Assembly (NCBI GenBank): GCA_026129095.1
Contig: JAHCIT010000001.1
Coordinates: 1 to 64,000 of the forward strand
Direction of reading: 5' to 3'
Source of the DNA: Deltaproteobacteria bacterium
Lineage (GTDB): Bacteria > JAGRBM01 > JAHCIT01
Length of the DNA: 64,000 nt
The notes beneath the pieces were generated by a model. That model worked only from the letters and a program-made list of their open reading frames with translations. It was not told where the DNA came from and did no database searches. Made by a program: the position numbers and the translations under genes. This document shows, piece after piece, positions 28,779-39,200 of this stretch; position 1 is the stretch's first letter; every line of letters begins with the position of its first letter.

Positions 28779-29438
28779 TCACTTCCTTTTCGGTTTCCCG
28801 GTATCCGTTTCCGGTTTGGCGGCTGCGGCCGCCGGCCTGGCAGCACCGGATTTCCCGGTGGCTGCGGTAATAAGACTGATCACTTCATCCAGCGTCAGGC
28901 CGGAGATATGCGGCTTGTCCTGCTGGCGAACCTGCCTGACCTCCTGGTCGTAGACCCGGACAATACCGGGGCTGGCGATGACGGTTTCCGGCTCGCGCGA
29001 CGAGGGGCGCGTCACTTCCATCACGCCCTGCTTCCAGCCGACGGTGGTGCGGAACCCGTTCTCGAACTCCGGGGTCACAAACAGCAGGTATTTCTGTCCC
29101 TGCACGAACCGCGGAGCGCCCGGCACGGTGACATTCATCTCGCCGCGCTGGCCGCCCAGCACACGGATGGACAGATCCTCGAGGGGCGGCTCGCCCAGAA
29201 TGTTCGTCTGCACATCGAAACGGCTGACCGTGAACACCCGTGCCCCGGTCGCATCCAGATGAGACGACTGGCCGACACAGGTTGCCACCACCACATGCTC
29301 GGATTCGTCGATCAGATCCCGGAGCGTGCGTTTTTCAACCAGAGCGCGAACAGGAAGCGCCGTGACGGCAGCCACAGCTACCGTCAAAAGACACAGGAAC
29401 CGGAAGACCCTCCGGTCCTTCCATGTAAGAAGATTCAT
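28779..29438 (-). CDS. Secreted hypothetical protein, probably co-transcribed with the giant protein
   Basis: Signal peptide ending ...ALPVRA; LRDLIDESEHVVVATC...VFT...IRVLGG...VPGAPRF..GQKYLLF; ends 48 bp before the giant gene. Confidence 0.8.
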   Translation of the reverse strand: MNLLTWKDRRVFRFLCLLTVAVAAVTALPVRALVEKRTLRDLIDESEHVVVATCVGQSSHLDATGARVFTVSRFDVQTNILGEPPLEDLSIRVLGGQRGEMNVTVPGAPRFVQGQKYLLFVTPEFENGFRTTVGWKQGVMEVTRPSSREPETVIASPGIVRVYDQEVRQVRQQDKPHISGLTLDEVISLITAATGKSGAARPAAAAAKPETDTGKPKRK

Positions 29439-29705
29439 GGCCGTTTCATGATAAGGGTGCTGGCCAGAGGCCGTCAAGCATTCTCCCGTGTGTTTACGCG
29501 GACTTACCCCGAAAAAGTGTGGTTTATATTACAGTTCCAGAACGGATTACCGGTGCATTTATGTAAGCATTTGTACACCAGGGACAGAAACTGCCCGGAT
29601 ACCGGAATCATTAACGCCGGAAACGCCGTTTGCGGCTGTTCATGAAAGCCGCCCACCTCGCCTTTTTTCGAAACAGGTGTAACAACTACCGCAACCCGGA
29701 CACCT

Positions 29706-31502
29706 ATGGCTCCCATCATCGGCATTGACCTCGGCACCTCGAACACCTGTTTCGCCTTCCATGACGGCGGGAAGGTAACAGTGGTGCCCGCCGTTGACGG
29801 AAAGAACACCATGCCGTCGGTCGTCCACCGGACCACCGACGGCAAATGGATTACCGGCGCACCGGCGCTGAGATATCTCGGAACGGCGCCGGAGCGGACC
29901 TTCACGGCGGTGAAGCGGCTTGTCGGGCGGCGGTTCCTGCCGCAGGAACTGGCCGCTGTCCAGCCACAGTTCGGCTACCGGCTCGTCAGCGGTCCCGACC
30001 GGGAACCGCTGGCGGAAGTGAACGGCGAGCGGTTGCGCCTCGAGGAGATCCAGGCGGTGCTGCTCTCGGAGGTGAAGTCCCGGGCCTCGGATGTGGCCGG
30101 CGAGGAGGTCCGGGAAGCGGTCCTGACCGTGCCCGCCTTTTTCACCGAGAAACAGCGGGCCGCACTCAGGGATGCCGGCCGCATTGCGGGCCTGCTGGTC
30201 CGCAAGATCGTGAGCGAGCCGACGGCCGCCGCCGTGGCCTACGGCCTGGGGCGCGGCGCGAACAAGCGGGTGCTCGTCTTCGACCTGGGCGGTGGCACGT
30301 TCGACATCACGGTGATCGAGGCGAAGGAAGGCAACTTCACCGTCATCGCCACCGACGGCGACACGCAGCTGGGGGGCGAGGATTTCGACAACCGGCTGGT
30401 GGACTACCTCGCCGACCTGTTCCTGAAGAAATACCCCGGCATCGACCTCCGCAAGGATCCCGCGTCGAGGGCCCGCGTCAAGGAGGCCGCCGAGCGGGCC
30501 AAGTGCGAGCTCTCGACCGCCAAGCAGTCGGCCATCAACCTGCCGTTCATCACCGTCATCGATGGCCAGCCGGTGCACTTCGAGGGCGAGGTGACGCGAA
30601 GCCTGCTGGAAGGCACCACGGACATGCTGGTCCTGAGAGCCGTGAAGATCGTCGAGCGGGTGCTCGCCAACCAGAACCTGAAAAAGGAGAACCTGGACGA
30701 GATCCTCATGGTGGGCGGCATGACCCGGATGCCGAAGATCCTCGCCACGGCAGAGAAGGTTCTCGGGCGGCCGCCCTCCCGCGGCGTCAATCCGGACGAG
30801 GCGGTCGCCATCGGCGCGGCGACGATCGGCCAGTGGATCAGCGAGGCGGGGTCCAGGCACCGGCTGACCGATGTGGTGCCGCTTCCGCTCGGTCTCACCG
30901 CCGCCGGCAACAGGATGAGCGTGCTGATCGACCGGAACACGCCGACACCGGCCGAGGCGAAGAAGGTCTTCACCACCAGCCGGGACGGGCAGGACCGGAT
31001 CAAGATTCACGTGCGGCAGGGCGAGCACCCCGAGGCCACCCAGAACGAACTGCTCGGCGCGTTCAATCTGATGCTGAGCGAGCCGGGCCCCAAGGGCACG
31101 GCAAAGATCGAGGTCGAGTTCAGGCTGGACGATTCGGGCATCCTCACCGTGGCGGCCCACGACACGGCCACCGGCTCGAAGCAGGAAGTGGTCATCGAGC
31201 CGGGCGGCGAGACGGACACCAGCGGCGTCGCCGACAACTTCGAGTCGGCCCGGAACCGCATGGCCCGTTTCGGGGCCATCCGGAAACAGCTTGAACAGGT
31301 GGAAGAGCTGATCCGCAGCTTCTCGCAGAACATCCAGAAGAAGGACCGCGACGATATCGAGGAAAAGCTCCGCCGGGCGCGGGCGGCCATCGTGCTGAAC
31401 GACCTCGCCCGGGCCGAGACGCTGGTCAAGTCGGTCGGCGATGCGGCCATGAAGTTCTACGAGCGGCTCGATGCGGCCAGCAGCAGCGGCGCTCCCGCCT
31501 GA
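29706..31502 (+). CDS. Hsp70/DnaK-family paralogue
   Basis: [54 protein letters not shown]; substrate-binding domain present; atypical linker. Confidence 0.95.
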   Translation: MAPIIGIDLGTSNTCFAFHDGGKVTVVPAVDGKNTMPSVVHRTTDGKWITGAPALRYLGTAPERTFTAVKRLVGRRFLPQELAAVQPQFGYRLVSGPDREPLAEVNGERLRLEEIQAVLLSEVKSRASDVAGEEVREAVLTVPAFFTEKQRAALRDAGRIAGLLVRKIVSEPTAAAVAYGLGRGANKRVLVFDLGGGTFDITVIEAKEGNFTVIATDGDTQLGGEDFDNRLVDYLADLFLKKYPGIDLRKDPASRARVKEAAERAKCELSTAKQSAINLPFITVIDGQPVHFEGEVTRSLLEGTTDMLVLRAVKIVERVLANQNLKKENLDEILMVGGMTRMPKILATAEKVLGRPPSRGVNPDEAVAIGAATIGQWISEAGSRHRLTDVVPLPLGLTAAGNRMSVLIDRNTPTPAEAKKVFTTSRDGQDRIKIHVRQGEHPEATQNELLGAFNLMLSEPGPKGTAKIEVEFRLDDSGILTVAAHDTATGSKQEVVIEPGGETDTSGVADNFESARNRMARFGAIRKQLEQVEELIRSFSQNIQKKDRDDIEEKLRRARAAIVLNDLARAETLVKSVGDAAMKFYERLDAASSSGAPA

Positions 31503-31611
31503 CCGGCCCGCCGTTCGGAATCTGAACCGGAACCGCCGGACGGCCGCCACTTCTCCCTGATATCCCCCGTGATTCCTGCCGGATAGCGGTGCCGCACACG
31601 GGGCACCGGTT

Positions 31612-34005
31612 TTGCGCCCGTCCCCGTTGATGAAGGGCTGGTGGACACGCTGGCAACAGGACCGGGTGATCCCCCAGGGGAAGACCACCACCCTTGCCGC
31701 CTTCCGCCGGGCCATCTTCTGGTGGCTGGGCGATTCTGCCGCCACCGGGTTCAGTCCACGGAACCTGCTGCTCGCCGCCTTCATCGCCGGCACGGTACTC
31801 GGCTGGCACCAGCAGTTCGTTCTCTCCGCCGTTCTCGTCGCGGTGGGCGGCCTCGGATTCCACCATCATGCCCGGACGATCACAGCCGGTTTTGCCGCCG
31901 GTCTCCTCATTGGCCACGCGGCCCACCGGGAACCACCGCCGGTTTCGACAGCCACGGCCCTGCTCACGGTCGAGGTGGCGGGCCTTCCGGTCCGAATGGC
32001 CGGTGTCTGGTGGATCGACACGAAAGTGATCTCTGCCGGTCATGCAGAAGTTCCGGCAACACCGCTGGAACCCGGAGACCGGGTGCGTCTGGAACTGCGC
32101 GGGAATGGCAGCAGCGGTACAAACCCCTGGCGATGGGTGCGTACCGACCGGCTCACCACCAGGGCGCGGGTGTATCCGCTCGTCCCGAGCTTCAACCCCG
32201 GCGCCTTCGACCGGGACCGGTATCTCGCGCAGAAGGGATTCCGGGCGCGGGCCGTGGCTGATCTGCTTCCAGACGGCGACGGAGGCCCCGCCATTGTCCG
32301 CACGCCTTCGGCGCACTGGATTGCCGCGCTGGACCGCTTCCGGCTGGCGGCGGGACGGGAACTGAACCGGCACGGACCGGGCGGACGGCTCCTGGCGGCA
32401 CTCGCGCTGGGACTCAGAAATGACGTCGACCCGGCCACCACACGGCAAATGAACCGGCTGGGACTCGCACACCTGCTCTCGATCAGCGGCGTCCATTTCA
32501 CGATGTTTGCCATCTGGGTCATCCTGCTGATCGAACTGGTGCTGGGCCGGAGCCAGTCCATCACGCTGCGGCTCCCCGTACGGAGAATCGCCGTCGGGCT
32601 CGCCGTACCGGTGCTGTTTTCATACACGGTCCTCACCGGCGCGCAGACCGGAACCGTGCGGGCGTTCATCATGTTCCTCGCCGCCTCGGGCGCGGTGATT
32701 TCCGGACGGCGACATGCGATGGCCGACGCGCTGCTCCTCGCCGCGGCGCTCATGCTCCTTCACGATCCCTCGCAGGCAGGCGACCTGTCGTTCCAGCTCT
32801 CGTTCCTGTCGATGCTGGGGATCGCGCTCGTCCCTTCCGTTTCCACCGGAGCGGCGGAATCGGCCGCTGTTCACCCGCTCCGGAAACTCGTTACCGGATC
32901 GGTCGTCATGTCGGCAGCCGCGACGCTGCTGACCGCACCGCTCGTCATTTCCACCTTTCACCAGCTTCCGCTGTCGGGGCTCGCCGCCAACGCGGTCATC
33001 CTGCCGGTCATCGAAACGGCCCTGCTTCCGGCCGGTGTCATCGGGACACTCGCGGCGGGAATCCTGCCGGATACCCTGCGGCCCTACCTGCCGGGACTGC
33101 TGGGACCGATCTGTCAGGGACTCGACGGGCTGATCCGGACCGGAGACCGGTGGCTGCCCGGCCCCCTGCCGCTGGGGGCACCTCCGGCAACGGCGACGGC
33201 CGTCTTTTATTTGCTTGCCGCACTGTCGGCCCTGGCCCTGAGAAACGGACGCGCCCTGCCCGCCTTCCTGACGGTGATCCTTGCCACCACGGTTCTCGTT
33301 TTCGCCTGCCACCGGTCCGCCGCGCACGAGCGGATCACCGTTCTGGACGGCCCCCATTCCCCCGGACTGGTCTGGATGCGGCCGGGTACGCCTCCCCTGT
33401 GGCTTTACCCCGGAACCCGGCAGCCGCCGAATTCACTGCTCCGGACGGTCCACGAAACCCTTGCCCACCACGGCGTGCGGGAGGAGGTGATCTTCCTCGC
33501 GCCGCGCCTCCGCATGGCGGAACGCTCCCGGTTCCACTGGCGCGATCAGAGTTTCCGGCGGGCCGGACCCGAGGAAACCGCCGGCGGGATCGAGCCGGTC
33601 ACGGTCTCCGGCGAAACGCTCGCCGTGATCCTCAATGCCGGAGGCCGCCGGGTGCTGGCAGACTTCACCGGTACCCGGTGGCGTCCGGCGCTCATCAGGC
33701 CGTGGGGACGCGTGGATGGCTGGGTGTGCCTCGCGGCCGGATGCAGCACACCCTCCGCGGCATCCCGCGAGGAAACGCCCATCGTCATGGCCGGGCCGAA
33801 GCCGGGACGCATGGACCGCCCCGCCCTGTGGACCCGCACGCACGGGCAAGTTGTACTGGAGCCTGCGCGAAACGGATTCGCCGTGCAGACCGCCCGGATG
33901 CGTCCGCGCACCGGACGGACTGGCAGGTCAGAACGCCAGCCGGATCACCCGGTCGTAGACCCAGTTGGGCATCAGCCGCACGATCCGCATGACCAGCGCC
34001 AGTAG
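31612..34005 (+). CDS. comEC: ComEC/Rec2 competence protein with a degenerate C-terminal domain (start uncertain)
   Basis: NPGAFDRDRYL, GLAHLLSISGVH, TVRAFIM, SFQLSF. The 3' end overlaps the SDR gene. Confidence 0.88.
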   Translation: MRPSPLMKGWWTRWQQDRVIPQGKTTTLAAFRRAIFWWLGDSAATGFSPRNLLLAAFIAGTVLGWHQQFVLSAVLVAVGGLGFHHHARTITAGFAAGLLIGHAAHREPPPVSTATALLTVEVAGLPVRMAGVWWIDTKVISAGHAEVPATPLEPGDRVRLELRGNGSSGTNPWRWVRTDRLTTRARVYPLVPSFNPGAFDRDRYLAQKGFRARAVADLLPDGDGGPAIVRTPSAHWIAALDRFRLAAGRELNRHGPGGRLLAALALGLRNDVDPATTRQMNRLGLAHLLSISGVHFTMFAIWVILLIELVLGRSQSITLRLPVRRIAVGLAVPVLFSYTVLTGAQTGTVRAFIMFLAASGAVISGRRHAMADALLLAAALMLLHDPSQAGDLSFQLSFLSMLGIALVPSVSTGAAESAAVHPLRKLVTGSVVMSAAATLLTAPLVISTFHQLPLSGLAANAVILPVIETALLPAGVIGTLAAGILPDTLRPYLPGLLGPICQGLDGLIRTGDRWLPGPLPLGAPPATATAVFYLLAALSALALRNGRALPAFLTVILATTVLVFACHRSAAHERITVLDGPHSPGLVWMRPGTPPLWLYPGTRQPPNSLLRTVHETLAHHGVREEVIFLAPRLRMAERSRFHWRDQSFRRAGPEETAGGIEPVTVSGETLAVILNAGGRRVLADFTGTRWRPALIRPWGRVDGWVCLAAGCSTPSAASREETPIVMAGPKPGRMDRPALWTRTHGQVVLEPARNGFAVQTARMRPRTGRTGRSERQPDHPVVDPVGHQPHDPHDQRQ

Positions 34006-34692
34006 GAAGGGAAAGTCCACCTGCGAGCGGCCGGCGAGAATACCGGTTGCCATGATCCGGGCCGCTTCGTCGGCTTCCATCAGGAACGGCATCGGGAACC
34101 GGTTCTTCTCGGTCATCGGCGTCCGGACAAAACCGGGATCAATGTTGACGGCTGCAATTCCCCTAGGCCGGAGCTGGACCCGGAGCGACTCCATGCAGGT
34201 CCGCATGGCGGCCTTCACCGCGGAATAGGTTCCGCCGAACGGAAGTCCCCGCCAGCCCGCAAGGGATGAAACAGCCACGATGGTCCCCTCGCTGCGAGCC
34301 TTCATGCCGGGCAGCACGGCATCGAAGGCGTGAAGCATCCCCATGAAGTTCAGTTCGAAGGTCCGGCGGGCAGCCGGGGCGAGCGGTTCGTCTGCTTTCG
34401 GTTCAAAGCTGCCGCCCGCATTGGCAACCATGATCGCGGCCGGGCCCAGTTCCGCTTCAAGCCGCTGCACCGCCACCTGAACCGAAGCCGCATCGGTCAC
34501 GTCAACGGCCGCCCAGGCAGCCTTGCCCCCGGCACGGGCGATGGCGGCCGCCACCTCCGCCAGTTCCGGCTCCCGCCGGGCCAGCAGGCCCACAGGCCGG
34601 CCGCGGCGGCCGAACTCGATGGCCAGCGCCCGGCCGATGCCGCTCGAAGCGCCGGTGATGATGACTGCGTGCGCGGCAGAACCGGAAGGCAT
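33928..34692 (-). CDS. Short-chain dehydrogenase/reductase
   Basis: ITGASSGIG, ANAG, SS, YSAVK, PGFVRTPMT. Confidence 0.95.
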   Translation of the reverse strand: MPSGSAAHAVIITGASSGIGRALAIEFGRRGRPVGLLARREPELAEVAAAIARAGGKAAWAAVDVTDAASVQVAVQRLEAELGPAAIMVANAGGSFEPKADEPLAPAARRTFELNFMGMLHAFDAVLPGMKARSEGTIVAVSSLAGWRGLPFGGTYSAVKAAMRTCMESLRVQLRPRGIAAVNIDPGFVRTPMTEKNRFPMPFLMEADEAARIMATGILAGRSQVDFPFLLALVMRIVRLMPNWVYDRVIRLAF

Positions 34693-34698
34693 GACCTG

Positions 34699-35655
34699 TC
34701 AGTGGGTCCGTTCCACCACGTAGGTGGCCAGTGAGCGCAGGGGATCCGCTCGGCGGTCGAACTTCCGGAGCGAAAGCACGGCGCGGGCGGCCGTATCGCG
34801 GGCGGCCTTGCGCGAGCCGTCTATTCCCAGAAGCTGCGGGAAGGTCATCTTGTCCTCGGCGATATCACTCCTGGCCGTCTTGCCAAGCGTCTTTTCGTCG
34901 GCAGTGAGATCCAGCACGTCGTCGGTGATCTGGAACGCGAGTCCGATCAGCCGGCCGTAGTTGGAGAGGGCCTTGCGCTGGGCACTCGTGGCACCGGCGA
35001 GGATTGCGCCCCCCTCCACCGATGCCGCGATGAGCGCGCCGGTCTTGCACAGGTGCAGCCGCTCCAGTTCCGTACGGCTCAGCTTCTTTCCCTCAGCGGC
35101 GAGATCAAGCATCTGCCCGCGAATCATCCCCTTGTAGCCAGAAGCCTCGGCCAGCAGCCGCGAGAACTCCAGTACCCAAACCGGCGAGAGCCGGCGGCGG
35201 TGACTCGAATCCGAACAGATGGCGAATGCCTCCGTCAGCAGGCCGTCCCCGGCCAGTATCGCAGCAGCCTCGCCGAAAACCTTGTGGCTGGTTGGCCGTC
35301 CACGGCGAAGGTCGTCATCATCCATCGCCGGCAGGTCGTCGTGGATCAGCGAATAGGTATGAATGAGCTCGATCGCGCAGGCGAACGGAAGCGCCAGATC
35401 GGAGTTGCCTCCCACGGCCTCGGACGCCGCCAGCGTCAGCACCGGCCGCAGGCGCTTGCCGCCGGCGAACAGGCTGTACCGCATCGATTTCGCGATGCCG
35501 GCGTCCCCGGCCGACTCCCGCGGGGCGACACGCTTCAGCGCGATTTCCACGCGCCGGGCCTGTCTCTTGAGGTAGTTGGCGAATGTCTCTCCGCCCAGGA
35601 AACCGGCCGGCAGCGGCCGCCGCGATTCAGTTTTCCTCGACGTCGTCTTCGTCAT
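34699..35655 (-). CDS. ispA: Polyprenyl (farnesyl/geranylgeranyl) diphosphate synthase
   Basis: GGKRLRP, SLIHDDLPAMDDDDLRRG, KTGALI, FQITDDVLD; follows xseB. Confidence 0.95.
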   Translation of the reverse strand: MTKTTSRKTESRRPLPAGFLGGETFANYLKRQARRVEIALKRVAPRESAGDAGIAKSMRYSLFAGGKRLRPVLTLAASEAVGGNSDLALPFACAIELIHTYSLIHDDLPAMDDDDLRRGRPTSHKVFGEAAAILAGDGLLTEAFAICSDSSHRRRLSPVWVLEFSRLLAEASGYKGMIRGQMLDLAAEGKKLSRTELERLHLCKTGALIAASVEGGAILAGATSAQRKALSNYGRLIGLAFQITDDVLDLTADEKTLGKTARSDIAEDKMTFPQLLGIDGSRKAARDTAARAVLSLRKFDRRADPLRSLATYVVERTH

Positions 35656-35986
35656 CAAAATCCGGCCCCTCTTCTCCGTCATCATCCCCGATGCTGCCGC
35701 CTTCCAGCACATCCCCGGCATCCAGCTCGCGGCGCTCGGCCCCTGCCCGGCCCTTGCGGACCAGAAGCTCCACCCGCTTCTCCGCCGTTTCCAGCCGGTC
35801 GAGCAGTTCTTTCGACAGGTTCATGCCTTCCTCGAACAGGCCGATGGCCTCTTCGAGGCGCAGATCCTCGCCCTCCATCCGTTCGACCAGCAGTTCAAGC
35901 CGCTTGAGCTGGTCCTCGAATGAAGCGCCGGCATGACCGGCGGTCCCGGAATCCCGGGACTCCCGTTTGCGGCGTGAAGCAGTCAG
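35627..35986 (-). CDS. xseB: Exodeoxyribonuclease VII small subunit (probable CTG start)
   Basis: SFEDQLKRLELLVERMEGEDLRLEEAIGLFEEGMNLSKELLDRLETAEKRVELL; xseB-ispA synteny; AAGGAG 7 nt before the CTG at 35986. Confidence 0.88.
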   Translation of the reverse strand: MTASRRKRESRDSGTAGHAGASFEDQLKRLELLVERMEGEDLRLEEAIGLFEEGMNLSKELLDRLETAEKRVELLVRKGRAGAERRELDAGDVLEGGSIGDDDGEEGPDFDDEDDVEEN

Positions 35987-36276
35987 GGGAGTTCTCCTTC
36001 TAAGGAGTAGTCGGCGCTTGAGCGCACATGAGCGGGGCGGACGCTATGCCCGGTCACTCGCCGGGTCAAGACAGAAATTGCGCGAACTGCGGCAAATTCG
36101 CGCGGGCGGGCAGGCCGCATTGCGGCATGAACAGAAATCCCCACTGGTTACAATAACTTGTTCGCAAGGTGGCGTTGCTGCTATTCTTCGCAATGACGCC
36201 ATTAGAGATCTGAAGGCATTTTTCCGGCCTGCCAGGGGCCGGGTGCCACTTTCCAGATCAGGAGAACCCCCGACCC

Positions 36277-39200
36277 GTGCATCGCACCATTCTTACCCGG
36301 ACCACCATTGTCCTCTGCTTCCTGCTTGCACCGGCCGCTTCCCGGCCTGCCCATGCCCTTAATGTCGAGTGGGACAACACTTTCGGAAGCCGCGGGCAGG
36401 CGGCCGGCCAGTTCAACATCCCCGCGGGCGGGGCCGTCGACGCGCAGGGCAACTACCACATCACGGACAACCGGGGCGGACGGGTCGTGGTGTTCGACAA
36501 GACGGGAAAGTTCCAGAGGGAATACGGGACCAACTCCACGCCGAAGCTCGCCCGGCCCTGGGGCATCGCGATCAGCCCCGCGACAGGAAAGATTTTCGTC
36601 GCTGACAACGACCAGCACCTTCTGTTCGTCTTCGCCCCTGACGGAAAACTGATCGAAACCCTTGGCGGCCGCGGCTCGAACCCCGGCTCGCTCCGGGATC
36701 CGCAGGGTGTGGCCATCCGCCACGGCGGGCGGGTTTATGTGGCAGACACCGGCAACGGCCGGATCTCCGTATTCGGCGAAGATGGCCTCTTCCTCGGCGT
36801 GTTCGGGCCGGAATCAAAGGGCACGGGCGCGACCCTCAAGAAGCCCGTAGATGTGGCGGTGGACCCGGAGGAAAACATCTACGTTGCCGACTCCGGTCTC
36901 AGGGAGGTCGTGATCTTCAACAGGGACTGGCGGCGGCTCACGAAGATCGGCCGGGACCGGGGTTTTAGCGAACCGGCCGCCGTCGCCACCGACGCCAACG
37001 GGACAGTGGCGATGCTGGACGCCGACAGCCAGCGCATTTTCCACTTCGCACCGGGACAGAAGCCCCTCCAGACGTTCGGATCTTCCGGAAGCGCACAGGC
37101 GCAGTTCCGGAGCGCACTCGGACTGGTATTCGACGACGTGAACGGACGGTTCGTTGTCGTGGACACCGGCAACCAGCGGGTCCAGACATTCCGCCACCGC
37201 GACCGCGAGGGGCAGACTCCGCGGCCAAATTACCGGCCCGAATACACGCTGGAATTCGTCCGGTCCATCACCGTCAAGGCCGACGACATCGATGTAGGCG
37301 ACGGCAAGATATTCGCGCTGGATTCCAGAGGGAAAACCATCCGCGTACTCACCACCGAAGGCGCCGCAGTGAACAGCATTGCGCTCAAGTGGGAATCAAA
37401 GGATGCCGTGGAGGATCCCGCCAATATCCTCTACCACGCGGGAACGGTTTACGTGACCGACCGCGGAGCCCATGACGTCAAGATGTTCGATGCAGGCGGC
37501 ACCTTCAAAGGCCGGATGGGGGCCAGGGGTTCGGCCCCCGGCCAGCTCCGCGACCCCAGGGGCATGTTCGCCAGCGACCGGTTTCTCTTCATTGTGGACC
37601 GGGGCAACGACCGCGTCTCGCTGTTCAGTCCGAATGGCGGCTTCGTCACGATCAACCAGTCGAAGGGATCGGGTGCTCTCAGCAAGCCTGTCGATCTCGT
37701 CGCGGATGCGGACGGCAACCTGTACGTGCTGGACGAGGGACCGAACCGGCTGATGAAATATTCCCAGAACAGCCAGTTCCTGAACGCACTCTGCCGGGAC
37801 GGATACGGTCCCGGCTCGCTGGACCGGCCGGCCGCCATCGAGATGGACCGGATGGAGATGTTCTACATCCTCGACCGCAACGGTATCAGCATCGTTGACA
37901 AGGAGTGCAAACCGATGGCCGGGTTTGGCGGCGGCATCGATGGGAAGGGCAAGGGCCGCTACACGGCGACCGGTGGCCTCGCCGTGGACGATTCCAAGGG
38001 AACCTTCATCTACTTTTCCGATCCCGCCAATGACGCGATCCAGGTCGTGACGTTCAAGCAGACGCCATCGGCGGCGGTCGGTCTCACGCTGACGACGGGC
38101 CGCGAAGGCGCCACGCTCTCCTGGACCGGCACGGCGGAGGCGTTCCGGCAGGCCTGGGAAATCCAGGGAGCGGCCAAGCCCGAAGGGCCGTTCACGAAAA
38201 TCGCCGACGCGAAGCAGCCGCCCTTCGAGCTCAAATACCCGGTCGAGAACGACCCCACCTGCTTCCGCGTGGTGGCCCGCAGTTTCTCCGGGGTCGAAAG
38301 CACCCCGTCGAACGTCGTCATCGACATTTTCCGGCAGGCGAACCTGCTGTTCGCCGCCCGGCAGTTCGACGTGGCGCTGGCCCGCGCAGACGAGCATCTC
38401 GCCGGTTATCCAGACCAGCCCGACGCCCTGTTCCTGAAGGCGCGGTCGCTGGTGGAACTGAAGCGTGCGCCCGAGGCAGCCGAAATCTTCCGAAAGCTGG
38501 CGCAGGTGGAGGGATACGGCGAAAGAGCGCTGGAAGAACTGGGGCGCATCTACCTCGCCGATGCGAAATACAAGGAGGCCGGGGACATTGCGACGCAGCT
38601 TCTCACGCTGAACGACCTGTCGGTAGCCGCCCACAAGATGCTGGCCACCGTGGCGCTCGAAACGGGCCAGCTTGACGATGCGATTGCCAAATCCTCCCGG
38701 GCGGCCGCCATCAACGCAAACGACACCGAGGCTCTCGATATCCAGGCCCGCGCCTACCTGAAGAAGGGGCTTCCCGGCGAAGCAATCAAGATCTATACGA
38801 ACGCGCTCAAGATCAACAAGACCGATCCGGTCCTCTATATCGGCCTGTCATCGGCGCTAATTTCCATCGGACAGCCGGCCCAGGCCGTCCCGTATCTCCA
38901 GTGGGTCGTCAAGCAGCAGCCGGACAACATCCGGAGCCGCGAGCTTCTGGCCCGCGCCCTGCTCGCCGCCAAGCAGCCTTCGGCCGCGCTCGAACAGGCC
39001 GAGGCCGTCAAGCGGCTGGGCCCGGAACAGGCCGTGGGACATGAACTGGCGGGTTTTGCCGCACGCGACCTGAATGACATGCCGAAGGCAATCCTCGAAC
39101 TGGAGCAGGCAGCCCGCAAGGAGCCCCAGAATCCGCGTTACCAGATCCAGCTCGGACTCCTGTACCGCGCGGCCAACCGGCCCGGAGACGCCAACCTCGC

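Noticed and set aside
29640-31793. 717-aa minus-strand ORF opposite Hsp70
   Set aside because: Long antisense frames are expected opposite high-GC hsp70 genes, and there is no independent evidence of coding.
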